Below, in pieces: positions 20,987-30,475 of a DNA stretch of 64,000 nucleotides. Position numbers and translations under genes: made by a program. The notes beneath the pieces were generated by a model. It ran no database searches. It saw nothing but the letters and a program-made list of their open reading frames with translations, and had not been told where the DNA came from. Positions within the stretch are counted from its first letter, which is position 1. Each line of letters starts with the position of its first letter. This stretch comes from Bacillota bacterium (lineage in GTDB: Bacteria > Bacillota > Peptococcia > Peptococcales > BICA1-8), in contig JBMOKT010000012.1 in NCBI GenBank assembly GCA_049323895.1, forward strand, positions 24,926-88,925. The letters are read 5' to 3'.

Positions 20987-21002
20987 TGGCATGAAAATTG
21001 CA
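20987..21002 (+). promoter_or_regulatory. Sigma-54 promoter for the MmgE/PrpD gene
   Basis: TGGCATGAAAATTGCA (GG-N10-GC), 39 bp before ATG 21041. Confidence 0.85.
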
Positions 21003-21040
21003 TGATTATCGTTAATATAAAGAAAATTGTGGAGGTATGT

Positions 21041-22390
21041 ATGAAAAACGCAACTGCAACTTTAGCAGAAAATATAGTTGATTTTTCCCTGGTGCTAATC
21101 GCTGATGAAGCCATTGCCGAAGCAAAACGCAGCTTTTTAAACTGGCTGGGAGTTGCTATAGGAGCTTCCCGCCATTCTTCCGTTGATATGGTATTGGAAT
21201 TGGCTGGGGAAATAGGGGGTCCCCCCCAGGCAACCATCCTGGGGAGGAATATCAAGACCGATATACAATTTGCGACTCTCATAAACGGAATGTCATCCCA
21301 CATTTTTGATTTTGACGATACCTTGTTGAATACTGTTTTGCATCCTAGTGCTCCTGTCTGGCCTGCAATCCTGGCGACTGCAGAGAAGTATAATTTTACA
21401 ACAAGGGAAATTCTAGAAGCCTTTGTAATTGGCTGCGAGGTAGAACAACGAATCGCCTTAGCTATTTGCCCCAGTCACTATGAGAGAGGATGGCATGTTA
21501 CAGGAACTGTGGGCGCTTTTGGTGCAGCAGCTGCAGTCGGAAAGCTGCTTAGACTCAACAATCTGCAAATGGCTAATGCACTAGGTCTAGCTGCTGCACA
21601 GCCAACAGGTTTAAGAGAAATGTTCGGTACAATGACTAAACCCTTCCATCCCGGAAAAGCTGCTGCCAATGGATTATTAAGTGCTCTGCTGGCACAGAGG
21701 GGATTCACCAGTTCCCTGGCATCTTTGGAAGCAAGAAGAGGATTCGCTCAGGTATTATCCGATAAGCAGGATTATGATATTCTTCTGGAACCCTGGGGAA
21801 GCAGATGGCATATCCTCGAAAATAGCTATAAGCCCTTTGCCTGTGGTATTGTTACCCACCCCGGGATTGAAGCAGGTATAAATTTAAAAAACAAGCATAA
21901 TATTAGCCCCCCTGAAATAGAAGAAATAGTAATAGAAGTTCATCCATTAGTCCTAGAACTGACAGGGAAGGAATCGCCCAAAAATCAATTAGAGGCTAAG
22001 TTTAGTATCTATCATTGTGTTGCCGCCGGTATTATTTTTGGCAAAGCCGGTGAAGACCAGTTTGCAAATGAAATTGTCCGAAGGGATGATGTAATTAATT
22101 TGCGCAGCAAAATAAAAGCACAAATAAATACTTCATTAGCAGAAGACCAAGCTTTACTTCATGCTGAACTTAAAAACGGGCAAACACTGAAAATCTACAT
22201 AGAACATGCTATAGGCAGTAAAGATAATCCTATGACCAACTTACAATTGGAAGAAAAGTTTACTGAGCTTACTGCTCCTATCCTACAGGGAAAAGAGAGA
22301 GAATTACTTAATAAGGTCAGGGAAATGGATAAAAATCTCCCTATCGAAGAGATAACTAAATTATGTTATTCTAACCCCCTCCTCCCATAA
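21041..22390 (+). CDS. MmgE/PrpD family protein (2-methylcitrate dehydratase/iminodisuccinate epimerase-like)
   Basis: SHIFDFDD...HPS, GWHVTG, TKPFHPG, KPFACG, AKFS; ATG 21041 after GGAGG. Confidence 0.9.
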   Translation: MKNATATLAENIVDFSLVLIADEAIAEAKRSFLNWLGVAIGASRHSSVDMVLELAGEIGGPPQATILGRNIKTDIQFATLINGMSSHIFDFDDTLLNTVLHPSAPVWPAILATAEKYNFTTREILEAFVIGCEVEQRIALAICPSHYERGWHVTGTVGAFGAAAAVGKLLRLNNLQMANALGLAAAQPTGLREMFGTMTKPFHPGKAAANGLLSALLAQRGFTSSLASLEARRGFAQVLSDKQDYDILLEPWGSRWHILENSYKPFACGIVTHPGIEAGINLKNKHNISPPEIEEIVIEVHPLVLELTGKESPKNQLEAKFSIYHCVAAGIIFGKAGEDQFANEIVRRDDVINLRSKIKAQINTSLAEDQALLHAELKNGQTLKIYIEHAIGSKDNPMTNLQLEEKFTELTAPILQGKERELLNKVREMDKNLPIEEITKLCYSNPLLP

Positions 22391-22392
22391 AT

Positions 22393-22434
22393 AAAATACC
22401 ATGGCTCCTGGTCACCCAGGAGCCATGGTATTTT
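22393..22434. terminator. Bidirectional terminator
   Basis: AAAATACCATGGCTCCTGG-tcac-CCAGGAGCCATGGTATTTT perfect inverted repeat between convergent genes. Confidence 0.85.
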
Positions 22435-22876
22435 AATCCGTGCGCAATATTTCCTCAAGAACTTCTATAGAAGTTTCTATTAAACCAGGGCAAATTGTCT
22501 TAAATAGATTATTTTCCCTGGCATATTTTATACCCTCTTCGGTGTTTAAATCACAGCCTAACAACTCTTTACACTTTATTGAACCTTTCCTCTGTTTATA
22601 AATCTGGGCAAATTCGCTTACAAGACCGTAGGTTTTACCCTTTGCAACCTTATCATCAATACTTATTTTTCCGTACTTTAACCCGATAACCATAAAAGCA
22701 CCAGTTATAGCACCACAGGTTTCACCTAAATTGCCCATTCCTCCCCCAAAACCTCCGGCGACTCTTAAGGCTGTTGTTTTATCCAGGTTATACTCCGATG
22801 CAAAGACCGACAGGACTCCTTGGGAACAATTAAACCCTTCCATAAAAAGACTGACAGCTTCCTCTTTTTTGTTCAC
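22433..22876 (-). CDS. C-GCAxxG-C-C family putative redox protein
   Basis: FNCSQ, GFGGGMG, CGAITGA, C..L, C; GTG 22876 follows GAGGAGG. Confidence 0.85.
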   Translation of the reverse strand: MNKKEEAVSLFMEGFNCSQGVLSVFASEYNLDKTTALRVAGGFGGGMGNLGETCGAITGAFMVIGLKYGKISIDDKVAKGKTYGLVSEFAQIYKQRKGSIKCKELLGCDLNTEEGIKYARENNLFKTICPGLIETSIEVLEEILRTD

Positions 22877-22877
22877 T

Positions 22878-23381
22878 TTAACCCTCCTCACCTATCCTTT
22901 TCAGATAATTTACCAGCCCTCCGCACTCTAATATCTCCCATAAAGATTCGGGAACAGGTCTAAAGTTTAAGCTCTGGTTATTATCTAAGTTAACGGTACC
23001 TTTCTTAAGGTCAACTTTAATTATATCACTTTCATTAATTAAATCTGTATCACATTCTATTACCGGCAAACCAATATTAATACAGTTTCTATAAAAAATG
23101 CGGGCAAAAGATTTAGCCAGGATAGCTTCAATACCTAAGGCTTTAACTAAGGTTGCTGCATGTTCCCTTGATGACCCTAAACCAAAATTTTCCCCTGCAA
23201 CTAAAATATCCCCCTGAGCAACTGTTTTTGCAAAACCCGGTCTGATTTCATGAAAAACATATTCCTTTAAATCCAGAACATTTTCTGCCTTAGCTCTATG
23301 CTTTCCAGCAAATATATAGTCAGCTGTAATATCATCTCCGAATTTGTGAACCCTCCCGTTAAGTTGAGTTTTGAGAGCCAT
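22878..23381 (-). CDS. LeuD/HacB-type small subunit (pair 3)
   Basis: [27 protein letters not shown]. Confidence 0.9.
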   Translation of the reverse strand: MALKTQLNGRVHKFGDDITADYIFAGKHRAKAENVLDLKEYVFHEIRPGFAKTVAQGDILVAGENFGLGSSREHAATLVKALGIEAILAKSFARIFYRNCINIGLPVIECDTDLINESDIIKVDLKKGTVNLDNNQSLNFRPVPESLWEILECGGLVNYLKRIGEEG

Positions 23382-24641
23382 CTAACACACCTCCCGAGGA
23401 TCAATCATTGCTCCAGTTAATGCAGCCGCAGCCGCTGTAAGAGGTGAGGCTAAATAAAGTTCCGAATCCTGACTACCCATGCGACCAGTAAAGTTCCGAT
23501 TAGTTGTAGCCAGTACTACTTCCTTAGCACCAACTAAACCTCCATGATATCCGCCACAAGGTCCGCAGCCCGGAGTTATAATCATACCCCCAGCCCTTAC
23601 TAATGCTTCCATAGTGCCATCTGCTAAAAGTTCTTCTAAAACCGTCTTCGAAGCGGGTAGTAAAACCAGTCTTACTCCTTTTGCCACCTTTTTGCCGGCA
23701 AGAAACTTTGCGGCTTCCCGAAAATCACTTGACCTTCCATTTGTACAGGAGCCTAATACTACCTGATCAACCTTTTTACCTTGCAACTGGCGGACAGGTA
23801 CTACTTGATTAACCATAGGAGGATATGCTACTAAAGGTTCAAGTTGGTCAGCATCAAGTTCATATTCTTTAAAATATTCTGCACCTTTATCTGCCACAGC
23901 AGGTTCGTAGTTTCTTATTCTAGGCCTCTTTGCAAGCCAAGTATCTAAAAGGCTGTCAGGAGGCATTAGAGCAGCTTTTGCACCTGCTTCAATACCCATG
24001 TTGCAAATAGTAAGACGCTCATCAATAGAAAGCTGGGGTATTAAGTTGCCAGAGAACTCTAAGGTGCGATAAATAGCCTGACGCAAACCTATTTGTTCAA
24101 CGGTTCGCAAAGCCACATCCTTTGCAGTAACACCAGGGGGGAGTGACCCACTCCAGTTAATACGAATGGTCTCAGGAACTCTAAACCAAATTTTACTGTA
24201 GGCGAGTATGCCTGCTGCTTCCGTGGAGCCAACCCCTGTGCCTAACGCATTAAGGGCCCCGTATGTACAACTGTGGGAATCAGTACCTACTGCTATTTCT
24301 CCGGGAAATACGTGTCCCTGTTCACACATGAGCTGATGACCGACTCCATCTCCTACTTCATAAAGGGTCAAGTCTTGCCCAGCCGCAAACTGACGCATCT
24401 TAATATGCATGTTTGCCGCTGCCTCCGTTGAGCTGGGGGAAAAATGATCCATTACCATGACTACATCAGTTCCAGGAAGAATTTTCTTTTTTTCAAATTT
24501 TTTAAATGCCTCTACCGTAGTAAAAGCATTACTATCATGGATCATTAATGCATTAACCGACACTGTTGCAAAATCACCTGCATAAAGGGATTTGCCGGCT
24601 TTGCGGCTCAATATTTTTTCCGCGATGGTCATGGGCTTCAT
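23382..24641 (-). CDS. LeuC/HacA-type large subunit (pair 3)
   Basis: MTIAEKIL, DSHSCT, GSCTNGR, CGPC, NRNFTGRMG. Confidence 0.9.
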   Translation of the reverse strand: MKPMTIAEKILSRKAGKSLYAGDFATVSVNALMIHDSNAFTTVEAFKKFEKKKILPGTDVVMVMDHFSPSSTEAAANMHIKMRQFAAGQDLTLYEVGDGVGHQLMCEQGHVFPGEIAVGTDSHSCTYGALNALGTGVGSTEAAGILAYSKIWFRVPETIRINWSGSLPPGVTAKDVALRTVEQIGLRQAIYRTLEFSGNLIPQLSIDERLTICNMGIEAGAKAALMPPDSLLDTWLAKRPRIRNYEPAVADKGAEYFKEYELDADQLEPLVAYPPMVNQVVPVRQLQGKKVDQVVLGSCTNGRSSDFREAAKFLAGKKVAKGVRLVLLPASKTVLEELLADGTMEALVRAGGMIITPGCGPCGGYHGGLVGAKEVVLATTNRNFTGRMGSQDSELYLASPLTAAAAALTGAMIDPREVC

Positions 24642-24648
24642 AGTTTAA

Positions 24649-26574
24649 TCAATCCTTCCGCTCCAGTTTGTTTTTAACATAATTTAATAAACCTCCCGCC
24701 AAGATAATTTCTATTTCCCTTCCGGATAAACTGCACTGGCTTTTAAAAGTAATCCCTTTTGACTGGTTAATAATAACTATGTTTTGTTTCCTAATCTGTT
24801 CTTGTACATCTTCAACTAAAAGTATATCACCAATAGAAATTCTATCGTAATCGGAACTATTGACAAAAGCAAGGGGAAGCACCCCATAGTTAATAAGATT
24901 TTTTCTGTATATTCTTGCAAAGGATTTTACTAATACAACCTTCATTCCAATGGACATAGGAACCATTACAGCATGTTCTCTGCTGGACCCCTGACCGTAA
25001 TTTTCACCGCCGACAACAACCCATGCCTTAGGCAGCTGGTCAATTTTTCCGGAAAATTCTTTGTCAACTCTAGAGAACACATAAGGAACAGAAGCTGGAA
25101 TATTTGACCTTAAGGCTAACATATTTGCACCACCAGGTAAGATATCATCCGTACTTACATTATCACCCGCCAGCAGTGCGACTTGTAATTCTAAATTTTT
25201 TTTCAGAGGCTCACCTACAGGCATAGGCTTTATATTTGGTCCTTTAATAACCACTTGATCCCCTTTCCAATTTTGAGCAGCAACAAATAAATTGCCATTA
25301 TCAAATAAATCCTCCGGTATTTCAATTTCAGGGTAGATTCCCATTTCCCGGGGATCACTTATGTATCCAAATATTGCAGAAACTGCCGCAGTTTCCGGGC
25401 TGGCTAAAAAGACATTGGCATCCTTTGTTCCACTTCTCCCTTGATAATTTCTATTATAAGTCCTTAGGGAATTGGTTCCAGCTGCCGGTGCCTGCCCAAC
25501 ACCATTACAGGGACCGCAGGTCGCTTCCAAAATTCTAGCTCCTGCATCAACTAAGTCCTTTAATATACCGGTCTCTGACATCTTCGATAATATCCGGCGG
25601 GAACCAGGTGAAATAACAAGGCTGACATTTTCAGCAACTTTTTTGCCTTTAAGGATACTTGCTGCTACTGCCATATCTTTATATGAAGAATTAGTACAAC
25701 TGCCTATGGCCACCTGAAAAAGAGGAGTACCCGTTACTTCCGATACCTTTTTAACATTATCAGGACTGTGGGGCAGTGCTGCCATAGGTTCTATTTGGGA
25801 AAGGTCAATTTCTATTATTTTCTCATATTGAGCATACAAATCAGCCTCTAATTCCACCCAGTCTTGTTCACGACCTAGGCTTTTTAAATAGGCAAAAGTT
25901 ATTTCATCACTGGGGAATAAGGAACTGGTAGCTCCCATTTCTGCACCCATATTGCAAATAGTGGCCCTTTCATAAACGGAAAGGGTTTTTACTCCTTCTC
26001 CGAAATATTCAAATACCTTTCCTACACCGCCTTTGACTGTTACATTTTTTAAAATAGTTAAAATTATATCCTTTGCCGAACTCCAGGGCGGAAGGCATCC
26101 GACCAATTTTACCCCAACCACCTCGGGTTTAGGGACATAATAGGCTTCTCCGGCAATTGCCACGGCTACATCCAAACCTCCTGCACCGATACCCAGCATT
26201 CCGGCACCACCTGCAGTAGGTGTATGACTATCGGAACCTAGGAGTATACCGCCTGGCTTTACAAAGTTCTCCAAATGCACCTGATGGCAGATACCATTTC
26301 CCGGCCTAGACAAATGGGCACCTATTTTCTTAGCTATACCCTGCAGATATAGGTGATCATCCGGGTTTTTATTATCAATCTGCAAAGTATTATGGTCAAG
26401 ATAACTAACAACAAAAGGTTTTACCTTATTCAGCCCCATAGCCTCCACCTGTAAAAATACAGGTGTCCCAGTAGCATCCTGTGTCAGTACCTGATCTGGA
26501 ACCAATGCCAGTTCTTCTTCATTTATATCGATTCTATGGCTTATCAGTATCTTTTCAAATATATTAAGCCCCAT
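24649..26574 (-). CDS. Aconitate hydratase (short single-chain type)
   Basis: QDATG, GNGICHQ, DSHT, GSCTN, CGPC, NRNYQGR, NYGQGSSREHA; ATG 26574 after GGAGG. Confidence 0.88.
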   Translation of the reverse strand: MGLNIFEKILISHRIDINEEELALVPDQVLTQDATGTPVFLQVEAMGLNKVKPFVVSYLDHNTLQIDNKNPDDHLYLQGIAKKIGAHLSRPGNGICHQVHLENFVKPGGILLGSDSHTPTAGGAGMLGIGAGGLDVAVAIAGEAYYVPKPEVVGVKLVGCLPPWSSAKDIILTILKNVTVKGGVGKVFEYFGEGVKTLSVYERATICNMGAEMGATSSLFPSDEITFAYLKSLGREQDWVELEADLYAQYEKIIEIDLSQIEPMAALPHSPDNVKKVSEVTGTPLFQVAIGSCTNSSYKDMAVAASILKGKKVAENVSLVISPGSRRILSKMSETGILKDLVDAGARILEATCGPCNGVGQAPAAGTNSLRTYNRNYQGRSGTKDANVFLASPETAAVSAIFGYISDPREMGIYPEIEIPEDLFDNGNLFVAAQNWKGDQVVIKGPNIKPMPVGEPLKKNLELQVALLAGDNVSTDDILPGGANMLALRSNIPASVPYVFSRVDKEFSGKIDQLPKAWVVVGGENYGQGSSREHAVMVPMSIGMKVVLVKSFARIYRKNLINYGVLPLAFVNSSDYDRISIGDILLVEDVQEQIRKQNIVIINQSKGITFKSQCSLSGREIEIILAGGLLNYVKNKLERKD

Positions 26575-26590
26575 TATTAAGAATCCTCCC

Positions 26591-27682
26591 TTATACTTTA
26601 TAAGCAGCAAGTCTTTCTTCATCAATTTCTAGTCCCAAACCTATGCCATCTGGAACGATAACTTGCCCATCACTAATTTTTAACCCTACTGCTACGTCAT
26701 TCTTTATCCACTGGGGTGATTTTATTTCATTGTAGACCACATTGCCGGTTGAAGCTAAAAAATGAGCAGTGGCAGTATCCAGTAAGGTATTCTGCACAGT
26801 ACAGCCAGCCATACAATCCATATTTGCCGCTTCAGCCAGAGCAGCAATTTTTTTCGCAGGGTATAAACCCCCGGATTTAACCAGTTTTAGATTAAAAAGA
26901 TCTACCGCCTGATATTTTATCAGACGAAGAGCATCACTTAAACTTTTTATACTCTCATCTGCCATTACCTCTACCTGGGGACAGTTGTTCTTGACAGCTA
27001 TTAACCCTTCTATATCATCCATATGTACAGGCTGTTCTATTACATTAACTCCTAGTTCGGCAAATTGTTGGGTTAAATATATTGCCTGCTTCCCTTTCCA
27101 GGCTTGATTGGCATCGACCTTTAACGGTATGCCTTTAATTACCTTACTTACTGCTTCTACCCTTCGTAAATCCAAATCTGGATTAGGACCTACTTTAACT
27201 TTAAACTCTTGATAACCTAATTCTAACTGTTGTGCTGCCTTGGCAGCCGCCTCTTCCGGCGAAACTAGACCTATTAGATCAAAGGCGGGCATTTGTTTAC
27301 GATACATTCCACCTAAAAGCTGAAAGACAGGCACTCCTAAATATTTTCCCATTAAGTCATATAAAGCAATATCAATTGCTGCCTTTGCCGCAGTATTACC
27401 TTTAATTGCATGATCCATTTTATGGTGAATCTTCTCAAGGCTAAAGGGATCTTCTCCTAATACAGCAGGAATAAGTCTGTTCTTTAATACAGCAATTACT
27501 GTTTCCTGTGTTTCACCAGTAATATAGTATTTAGGGGCAGTTGCTCCGAAGCCTGCTGCATCTTCATCTGTAACAATTTTAATATAGATATCTTCAGTAA
27601 TTTGATATCGTGTATGGGCACTGTGAATTTCGCCCCTCAATTCTAAATTTGTTTTATATACCTCAATGTTCTTAATTTTCAT
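26591..27682 (-). CDS. Enolase superfamily, muconate cycloisomerase/dipeptide epimerase subgroup
   Basis: KVKVG, VDANQ, IEQP, MADES, NLKLVKSGG. Confidence 0.88.
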   Translation of the reverse strand: MKIKNIEVYKTNLELRGEIHSAHTRYQITEDIYIKIVTDEDAAGFGATAPKYYITGETQETVIAVLKNRLIPAVLGEDPFSLEKIHHKMDHAIKGNTAAKAAIDIALYDLMGKYLGVPVFQLLGGMYRKQMPAFDLIGLVSPEEAAAKAAQQLELGYQEFKVKVGPNPDLDLRRVEAVSKVIKGIPLKVDANQAWKGKQAIYLTQQFAELGVNVIEQPVHMDDIEGLIAVKNNCPQVEVMADESIKSLSDALRLIKYQAVDLFNLKLVKSGGLYPAKKIAALAEAANMDCMAGCTVQNTLLDTATAHFLASTGNVVYNEIKSPQWIKNDVAVGLKISDGQVIVPDGIGLGLEIDEERLAAYKV

Positions 27683-28947
27683 TCTTCCACCTCAAGAATT
27701 ACTCCACAGAGGTCTGGTACTACTAAAACCTCCGCTCCTTTACCCTTTTTTGCAATTGCTGTATCAATAGCTTCTTGAACCTCAGTAAAAAACTGGATGG
27801 GCAGGTGGGGCATGTCAATTTTACTGATGCCTTTACTGACAATAAAGATGTCAGCTTGCTCCATAACTCGATTTAAACGCCAAGCCTTCATAAAAGGAGT
27901 GCTAAAGGTTTGGTCTAAATCTTTAAAAGCTTCCGACATTTCTTCCCTAGTGCATTTCATTGCTTCTGCCCAGCGGGGTTCTCCCATGCCTAACGAACAT
28001 TCTGCTACCATTATTACTATACCGCCTTGTTTAACCGCAGGACTAACCCTGGTAAATCCTTTGCCTTCAGTTTGATAAAACTCCCTGTCCCGTGGATATC
28101 CCCCTGGATTGGCAATTAAAATATCTACTGGTTTTATTTTGTGGGTAACGTATTCCGCAAAAAATTTAGCACCTTCTCGATGAGCCGTAATAAAATGACC
28201 GGCAAATACTTTGGCAATTTCCCTTTCCTCTGTATGAACAGTATTAACTATAAAATCAATACCGGGTTTGGAAGCAGCCTCTTCCAACTCCTCTCGAAAA
28301 CGGTTCCCTTCTAAGCGTCCCAATTGGGAAGTGGGATGTCTAAACAATCTATGATGAATATAAACAGATTTTCTGCTGGAAATACCAGGCAGTATGTTTT
28401 TTGCTCCACCACTCCAGCCAGCCTGGTGGTGGGGGTCAATAGCACTGATAGATATTTTTATGTCGGCATCACAGTATGCTTTTAATACTTCAATGGGTGT
28501 ACCTTGTTTTGTTGCACCAAAGCTATAGTATGCTTCAGTGTTATCAGGCTCATTGCTGATAAATTTAATACGGTTCATTATATCCTGCCCTAAGAGTTCA
28601 ATTCCTTCTTCTCTAGTGGCAGCATTATGCATACCTGTTGCCGCAATAATTGTTATATTTTCATCAGAGATACCACAATTATTTAGTTCTTCAATTACAT
28701 TTTTAGCAACAGGTTCAATAGGAACAGGTCTTGAACGATCAACGATTACTATTGCTGCTGTTTTTTTGCCTACAGCTAACTCTGAGAGTTTTTGAGTACC
28801 AATGGGATTGGCCAAAGCTCTTCTTATTTCCCCATCAGTATCTGCAACTGCCTTTAGTTCTTTTTTGCGCCTTAATATACCTGCTAAATTTGCTTCAGGA
28901 ACATCTAAGTATATTTCCGATTTTCCATATGGTATATTTATTCTCAT
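27679..28947 (-). CDS. larA: LarA-family nickel-pincer racemase/epimerase
   Basis: RRALANPIG, D.SRP, ATGMH, PHH.AGWSGGAK.ILPG, GGYPRD..FYQ. Confidence 0.85.
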   Translation of the reverse strand: MRINIPYGKSEIYLDVPEANLAGILRRKKELKAVADTDGEIRRALANPIGTQKLSELAVGKKTAAIVIVDRSRPVPIEPVAKNVIEELNNCGISDENITIIAATGMHNAATREEGIELLGQDIMNRIKFISNEPDNTEAYYSFGATKQGTPIEVLKAYCDADIKISISAIDPHHQAGWSGGAKNILPGISSRKSVYIHHRLFRHPTSQLGRLEGNRFREELEEAASKPGIDFIVNTVHTEEREIAKVFAGHFITAHREGAKFFAEYVTHKIKPVDILIANPGGYPRDREFYQTEGKGFTRVSPAVKQGGIVIMVAECSLGMGEPRWAEAMKCTREEMSEAFKDLDQTFSTPFMKAWRLNRVMEQADIFIVSKGISKIDMPHLPIQFFTEVQEAIDTAIAKKGKGAEVLVVPDLCGVILEVEE

Positions 28948-29240
28948 TGTTTTCCCCCCTTTAAGTCTCCTCTGCCTCTAATACTGCTTAAATTATGGGT
29001 ATGTACATGCTCCCCTTTTTCAATATCTTTAGTTGCAACGCCTATTACTTCATTATATTTAATAATTTTTTCACCCTTTGCCAAATCGCTTAAAGCTATC
29101 TTATGCCCAAAAGGAATATTATTTTTAGCTGTTAATCGAATATCCTTTTTAATAACTCCACAAACCTCATTCATACTTACATCTTCTATAACAACAGCTA
29201 CATTATCCTTAGCACCTAACATAATCCCCTTTTGTTCCAT
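28944..29240 (-). CDS. UxaA/SuyA-type SAF-domain small subunit
   Basis: DNVAV, IPFGHKIA, IKY..IG, GEHVHTHN. Confidence 0.9.
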   Translation of the reverse strand: MEQKGIMLGAKDNVAVVIEDVSMNEVCGVIKKDIRLTAKNNIPFGHKIALSDLAKGEKIIKYNEVIGVATKDIEKGEHVHTHNLSSIRGRGDLKGGKQ

Positions 29241-29263
29241 GATTATCCCTTCCCCCTTTATTT

Positions 29264-30415
29264 TTATACAGTCAGACCTATACGACTAATGGCAAATTCG
29301 CTATGTTTAAGAGCCTCAGACTTGGTAATTTTGCCCGATGCAACCTTAAGCAAAAAGGAGAATAAATGCTCTCCGGCTTCATCTATATCCATTTGGCCTT
29401 TTAAAACTGCTGATATATCAAGATCGATATTTTCAGGCGCCGCACTTACTGTCCGATGATTCCCGGTAACTTTTATTACTGGTCCTAAAACATGTCCTAC
29501 AGGATTTCCTTTTCCTGTTGTAAAAATTGTTATTTGGGCTCCACAGGCAAAAAATCCTGTATTAGACTCTGCTCCTGCAGGTGAAGAATACATGTGGTAT
29601 AAACCTTTGCCTGCCGGCGCTTCGCCGTAACTTATAACCCTCTCAACAGGATGAGAACCTGCTTTGGCAATGTTGCCGAGAGCCTTTTCTTCAACGGTTG
29701 TTAATCCTCCCTCAATATTATCAGGCTTAGGTTGATTGCCTCGGATATCTATCCCCAAACTCAGTACGTAATCCTCCACTTCTTTAACTATTTCCAACAG
29801 CCTTCTTCCTACTTCCGGACTGCTGCGACGGGCTAGAATATGCTCTGCCCCCATAATCTCTGCAGTTTCTCCAAAAATAGCTGTTCCACCAAGGTTTATC
29901 AGCTTATCACATACATAACCGGTTGCCGGGTTGGCTACAATACCTGATGTTGCATCAGATGCACCACAATTAACAGCAATCAATAGTTTATCAATGGGTG
30001 CTTTTTCCCTTTTCAACCCCGATGCTTCCACTAACATATCTAAAGCAATTCTGGCTCCCTGTTCAATAGCCTTAAGAGTACCCTGTCCCATAATAGTTAC
30101 AATTTCAACTTTCTTATTACTTTTTTCCCTGACCAGTTTATAAATTTTTTGGGCCTCAACGGGTTCCCAGGCAACTATTACTGCTCCATACACATTGGGG
30201 TTTAGTATGGTTCCAGCCAAGGTTCTGCTTTGCTGCCGGGCATCCGGTCCTATTTGCCCTCTGCCATAAGGGTGTATGACGGGATATACCCCATGTACGA
30301 TTGAAGCAATAGCTTCCACCACTGTATTCCCATATCCCTGTGCCGCAACAATTGCCACATGATTTCTCACTCCCACGGTACCGTTATCTCTTAAAAAACC
30401 ATCAAAACTAATAAT
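29264..30415 (-). CDS. UxaA/GarD/SuyB-type dehydratase large subunit (probable ATT start)
   Basis: F.GF.R.NG.VGVRN, CGASD, NPA.G, GETAE, NIEGGLTTVEEKALG, FTTGKG; the conserved N-terminus extends upstream of the called GTG to an ATT 6 nt after GGGGAG. Confidence 0.85.
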   Translation of the reverse strand: MISFDGFLRDNGTVGVRNHVAIVAAQGYGNTVVEAIASIVHGVYPVIHPYGRGQIGPDARQQSRTLAGTILNPNVYGAVIVAWEPVEAQKIYKLVREKSNKKVEIVTIMGQGTLKAIEQGARIALDMLVEASGLKREKAPIDKLLIAVNCGASDATSGIVANPATGYVCDKLINLGGTAIFGETAEIMGAEHILARRSSPEVGRRLLEIVKEVEDYVLSLGIDIRGNQPKPDNIEGGLTTVEEKALGNIAKAGSHPVERVISYGEAPAGKGLYHMYSSPAGAESNTGFFACGAQITIFTTGKGNPVGHVLGPVIKVTGNHRTVSAAPENIDLDISAVLKGQMDIDEAGEHLFSFLLKVASGKITKSEALKHSEFAISRIGLTV

Positions 30416-30459
30416 AAATATCTCCCCTCTCAGTAATTTACAACCTAACTACTTGGATA

Positions 30460-30475
30460 TGCAAAAATAATGCCA
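30460..30475 (-). promoter_or_regulatory. Sigma-54 promoter for the UxaA-larA-enolase-aconitase-LeuCD3 operon
   Basis: Minus strand TGGCATTATTTTTGCA (GG-N10-GC). Confidence 0.85.

Noticed and set aside
15920-24641. Leucine biosynthesis operon (leuBCD)
   Set aside because: No leuA, ilv genes or T-box leader; three divergent pairs under sigma-54 promoters with transporters indicate catabolism, so leu gene symbols were not assigned
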